From Octopus vulgaris (lineage: Eukaryota), in the NCBI GenBank assembly GCA_951406725.2, contig OX597837.1, positions 39,618,001 to 39,682,000 on the forward strand: 64,000 bases of DNA, in the 5' to 3' direction. A program made the position numbers and the translations under genes. The first letter of the stretch is position 1; every line of letters begins with the position of its first letter. The notes below the pieces were generated by a model, which did not search any database, had not been told where the DNA came from, and saw only the letters and a list, made by a program, of their open reading frames with translations. Positions 60,926 to 64,000 of this stretch are shown piece by piece.

Positions 60926-63900
60926 GGTAAGCTTCTTTCAATTACTGTCAACGAAATTAATTCACAAAGCTTTAGTCGACCTGAGGCTATAGTACAAAGA
61001 CTTGCCCAAGGTGCTGTGCAGTGAGATTGAACCTGAGACCACTTGGTTTGGCAGCAAGTCTCTTAACCACACAGCCATGCCAGCAACCTAAACGCAATTC
61101 CATATCAATCCCAATAATATTTGTACTTACATCAGATCGTCATTCTGCTGCTTAATCAAAAGTCGAAATTTATAAATTTCGTGTTCGCCTTCCTGCCGCT
61201 GTTTCTCGGATTCTTCAAGATTCATTGTGAGGCTCTCGTTTGCAGCTTCCAAATTCTGAAATCCAAATGATAACATCTAGAATATAATCCTTTCTACTAA
61301 AAGCACAAAGCCTGAAATTTTTGGGGAAAGGACTAGTTGGTTACATTGACCCCCCAGTGTTTGGAGTGACAGTGGGAGCTCTAGCTGAGTGTCACTCATA
61401 TTTAGAGGAAGTCTGAGATGGTGCTGTTTTGGGAGTACCTACTCACCTTCAGTACCACTAACCCTTCTTCCATAATGGTTTCAAATTTTGGCACTAGGCT
61501 AGCAGTTTCGAGGGAGGGGGTATATAGGAAGCAAAGTGATTTTTACCTCTCGTTTCCTTTGTAGAACTTTGCATTCAGATTCCATGGATTCAAATTGTCC
61601 CTGGAGGATGTCTTTTTCCTCTTGGACAGCTTTCAATTGCTTCTCACATTCCTGCGGAAAATAATATCAAAATAACAATAATAATAATAGTAAGAATGGT
61701 TTCAAATTTTGGCACATCATCATTATCATCATCGTTTAACACCCGTTTTCCATGCTAGCATGGGTTGGACGGTTCAACCAGGGTCTGGGAAGCCAGGAGG
61801 CAGCACCAGGCCCAGTCTGATCTGGCAGTGTTTCTACAGCTGGATGCCCTTCCTAACGCCAACCGCTCCGCGAGTGTAGTGGGTGCTTTTTACAGCCACG
61901 ATCAGTTGGTGCTTTTTATGCACAAGGCCGATATATTCAAGGGACGGGGGCTAGCGGATTGCATCGACCACTCCCAGTGCTTAACTGGTACTTATTTTTT
62001 TGATCCCAAAAGCAAAGTTGACCTTGGCAGAATTTGAACTCAGAACGTAAGGCCAAACAGAATGCCGCTAAGCATTTTGCCTGATGTGCTAATTATTCTA
62101 CTAGCTTGCTACTGTAATAATAACGATGACGATGATGATGATGATAATAATAATAAATGCCCTGAGGCAGTGGCTCTCATGGCTTCTTATCTTAACTGAT
62201 TGGAAGTGTTATCATGTACATTGTTTTGTCTTGGTATAAAAGATAGCCTACAGCAAATATTCTGCTCAATACCACAGATTTGCTTGTCAGTTGTTTGACC
62301 TTAACCAGTTGAGGATGTCCCTTAGCAGCTGACGATACGTGCATCTCTGATCATGAGCAGAAGTAATGGGGGAGCATCTTAGCCATGTGTTGAGAGGGAT
62401 TCTTTGGGGTTTGAATAATTCACTTCTGGAAACATGGGTGTTTTGTTCAACATCCTTAAACAACGCTTATTGAGGGACCTTTTGAGCAGGATGGGCTACT
62501 CGACCAGAAGAAAATTCTAACTGGGTCCCACCTGCAAGGTCATGCGCTGTTTATCTTGATATGAGATCACCATGTCGCGCACATATGGTTGTGATGCATG
62601 TGCCTGGTGTATCAGACGGGTAGTCATGATGGGTATATTGGGCTTCGTATATTTTACCCCAGTGTCACTTTGATGGCATGAACTGCTCTCTCACTCAATA
62701 ATAATAATAATAATAATGTTAACGATGGTGGTGATGATGATCATGATGATTATAATAATAATGGTTTCTGGTTTAGGTACAAATTCAGCAGTTTTGAAGG
62801 GAAAGGGATTCACTCTTTCGTTACCAACCTTGACTGAAACCACCTCTGGCTCTGTAGTACAAATGTCTTGTTTCCATAAGTTTTTCATTAAAATCTTCCA
62901 CCAAACCTTAATCACAATTCATGTTCCTAACACTAGTTTAATGATAACCAAGTTATTTTACTAAATTCTTTGTCACATTTAAAATCAATTAAAAGAAACA
63001 CAGAGCATCTCAACAGAAATATGGTAACAAAAGGGTTAATCTTTTTCACTCTGTGGAATTTCCACAGGTCCCATTAGTATTGATGTTGAAGATATGAAAG
63101 GTGAAGATGACCTCAACAGCAATAAAATCATTCTTCCTTCCTTAAATAGCTTCTCTTAACCCTTTTGATACCAACCTGGCTGAAACTGGCTCTGGCTCTG
63201 AGTACAAATGTCTTGTTTCCATAAGTTTTGAATTAAAATCTTCCACCAAATCTTAGTCACAATTTATGTTCCTAACACTAGCTTAATGATAACTAAGTTA
63301 TTTTACTAAATTCTTTGTTTATATTTAAAATAAATTGAAAGAAACACAGAGCATCTCAACAGAAATACGGTAACGAAAGGGATTAATCAATTTCATTGAC
63401 CCTAGTACTTGATTTGTACTCTAATTTATCACTGACCCTGGAAAGACAAAAGGGAGGACGTTACCTTTAACCTTTCCGTAAGCTGCTGGATTCGCTGGTT
63501 CTTCTCGTCGTCATGTCCATCTGCAGATTTGCTGCGTTTCTCCATGCTGTGCATCTTGCGCAAGAACGTTTTATGCAACCGCTCATGTTCGGTTCTTAGA
63601 AGAGCTGCCTGGAATGGTAAAAAGCAAAGCAAAAACTCATTGGATAAATCAAAGTATGATGAAGAACTGAATAATTTATCATCATCATCATCATCGTTTA
63701 ACGTCCGCTTTCCATGCTAGAAACCAGACCAAACCAGACTGGAGTCTGGTGCAGCCCCTCAGCTTATCAGCTCTGGTCAAAAACTGTCTAACCGATGGAA
63801 AGCGGACGCTGATGATGACAATGCTGATTGGATGGAGTTTGAGGAAACGGAATATTATTTATTCCGTTTGCAAAACAATGGGGACCAAACAGTAATAATA

Positions 63901-64000
63901 AAAAAAACAGAAAATAAAATCCCAAAGAATTCTACCAAATTGCTTTACCTTTGACTTGAGATTTGTCACTTGTGTCTCGTGTATCTCTTCTGCTTTCTGT
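52210..64000 (-). CDS. CEP63: CEP63/DEUP1 (CCDC67)-family coiled-coil centrosomal protein; 3' part of the gene, 5' end outside the window
   Basis: Ten phase-consistent exons. KSDDLLKRAVITL, LETLQNENQQLHQDL and the C-terminal EFLHKEQIYRKDWEDNFSKELHRIWHNTEGVIQRY resemble recalled CEP63/DEUP1 motifs ([62 protein letters not shown]). Confidence 0.75.
53042..53452. repeat. 46-bp minisatellite (about 9 near-identical copies) inside a family C element
   Basis: actggcactgaccatgctcgaatggtgctctttatgtgccaccagc units. Confidence 0.9.
53680..53966 (-). CDS. CEP63: CEP63-like acidic exon: (E)TEDKEEQDDDEEEELEVEE...IEPKPNDSV
   Basis: Acceptor tttttcccag, donor GTAAGT; 287 nt, phase 1 to 0. Confidence 0.8.
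53985..54814 (+). mobile_element. MITE-spacer-MITE-spacer-MITE array (family 1)
   Basis: TTAA junctions at 53985, 54210, 54330, 54567, 54683 and 54811. Confidence 0.85.
55093..55481 (-). mobile_element. SINE family A, full length
   Basis: Reverse complement of the consensus. Confidence 0.9.
55708..55793 (-). CDS. CEP63: CEP63-like exon: DVDEETAKVELQLGNQQQNRQEKEEFYQ
   Basis: Acceptor ttacag, donor GTAAGA; 86 nt, phase 2 to 1. Confidence 0.8.
57053..57183 (-). CDS. CEP63: CEP63-like exon: AEKVVLGKIISDQTEKLKNHKTKMQLEIDEVEENFDEVWMAQA(R)
   Basis: Acceptor tttcttgttag, donor GTGGGT; 131 nt, phase 0 to 2. Confidence 0.8.
58668..59100 (+). mobile_element. RTE-like LINE 3' end with a partial tandem duplication and (GAT)n tail
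   Basis: RRVQFAGHCCR...LLLWKP...RGRTLSYPDVISRDTG...AMMDREVWHSMV is a typical RTE C-terminus. Confidence 0.8.
59262..59384 (-). CDS. CEP63: CEP63-like exon: NDYEMLETLQNENQQLHQDLVKHKEYMKEYSSLKEQLELLK
   Basis: Acceptor ttacag, donor GTGGGT; 123 nt. Confidence 0.85.
59855..60255 (+). mobile_element. SINE family A, full length
   Basis: Same consensus as 5542-5918. Confidence 0.9.
60281..60419 (-). CDS. CEP63: CEP63-like exon: (I)DYGKSDDLLKRAVITLRTDLQTKLATITNLQSELEQYQEDQAHQMK
   Basis: Acceptor tttcatttcag, donor GTTAGT; 139 nt, phase 2 to 0. Confidence 0.85.
61131..61255 (-). CDS. CEP63: CEP63-like exon: NLEAANESLTMNLEESEKQRQEGEHEIYKFRLLIKQQNDDL
   Basis: Acceptor atttcag, donor GTAAGT; 125 nt, phase 0 to 2. 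Confidence 0.8.
61547..61651 (-). CDS. CEP63: CEP63-like exon: ECEKQLKAVQEEKDILQGQFESMESECKVLQRKRE
   Basis: Acceptor ttttccgcag, donor GTAAAA; 105 nt. Confidence 0.85.
62156..62696 (-). mobile_element. ~540-bp repeat flanked on both sides by (AAT)n; partial copy at 22014-22285
   Basis: The two copies share gcagtggctctcatggcttc...gagagggattctttggggttt and both abut (TAA)n. Confidence 0.7.
62810..63386 (-). mobile_element. MITE-spacer-MITE composite (family 1), inverted orientation
   Basis: Spacer at 63040-63155 is the reverse complement of the other spacers. Confidence 0.85.
63465..63608 (-). CDS. CEP63: CEP63-like exon: AALLRTEHERLHKTFLRKMHSMEKRSKSADGHDDEKNQRIQQLTERLK
   Basis: Acceptor ttccag, donor GTAACG; 144 nt. 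Confidence 0.85.
63949..64000 (-). CDS. CEP63: CEP63-like exon (partial): QKAEEIHETQVTNLKSK
   Basis: Donor AAG|GTAAAG; open frame to the window edge. Confidence 0.7.

Overview
AT-rich, repeat-dense animal genomic DNA. The SINE, LINE and microsatellite landscape suggests an octopus (inference). Two multi-exon, minus-strand centriole genes were reconstructed by hand from GT-AG junctions with consistent phases. (1) A CEP295 (KIAA1731/Ana1)-like gene, CDS about 43851 to 6034, about 2250 codons, with two very large exons; its ATG appears to be split by an intron and no ALMS motif is visible. (2) The 3' part of a CEP63/DEUP1-family coiled-coil gene (from beyond 64000 to 52210), directly upstream and in the same orientation, as in the human DEUP1-CEP295 linkage. 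The rest is mostly several SINE families, RTE/CR1/Dong-like LINE fragments, TTAA-flanked and TA-flanked MITEs, non-autonomous Helitrons, microsatellites and an interstitial telomere-like array. The most unusual items are a ~116-bp exon-like cassette (splice acceptor, ORF, AATAAA, stop) found five times between TTAA MITEs, decayed and partly inverted copies of a CEP295 exon segment between the two genes, (TA)n-anchored long hairpins and degenerate hammerhead-like cores. Gene names rest on motif similarity recalled from the human proteins, not on a database search. Almost all short ORFs in the supplied track are repeat or microsatellite artefacts.
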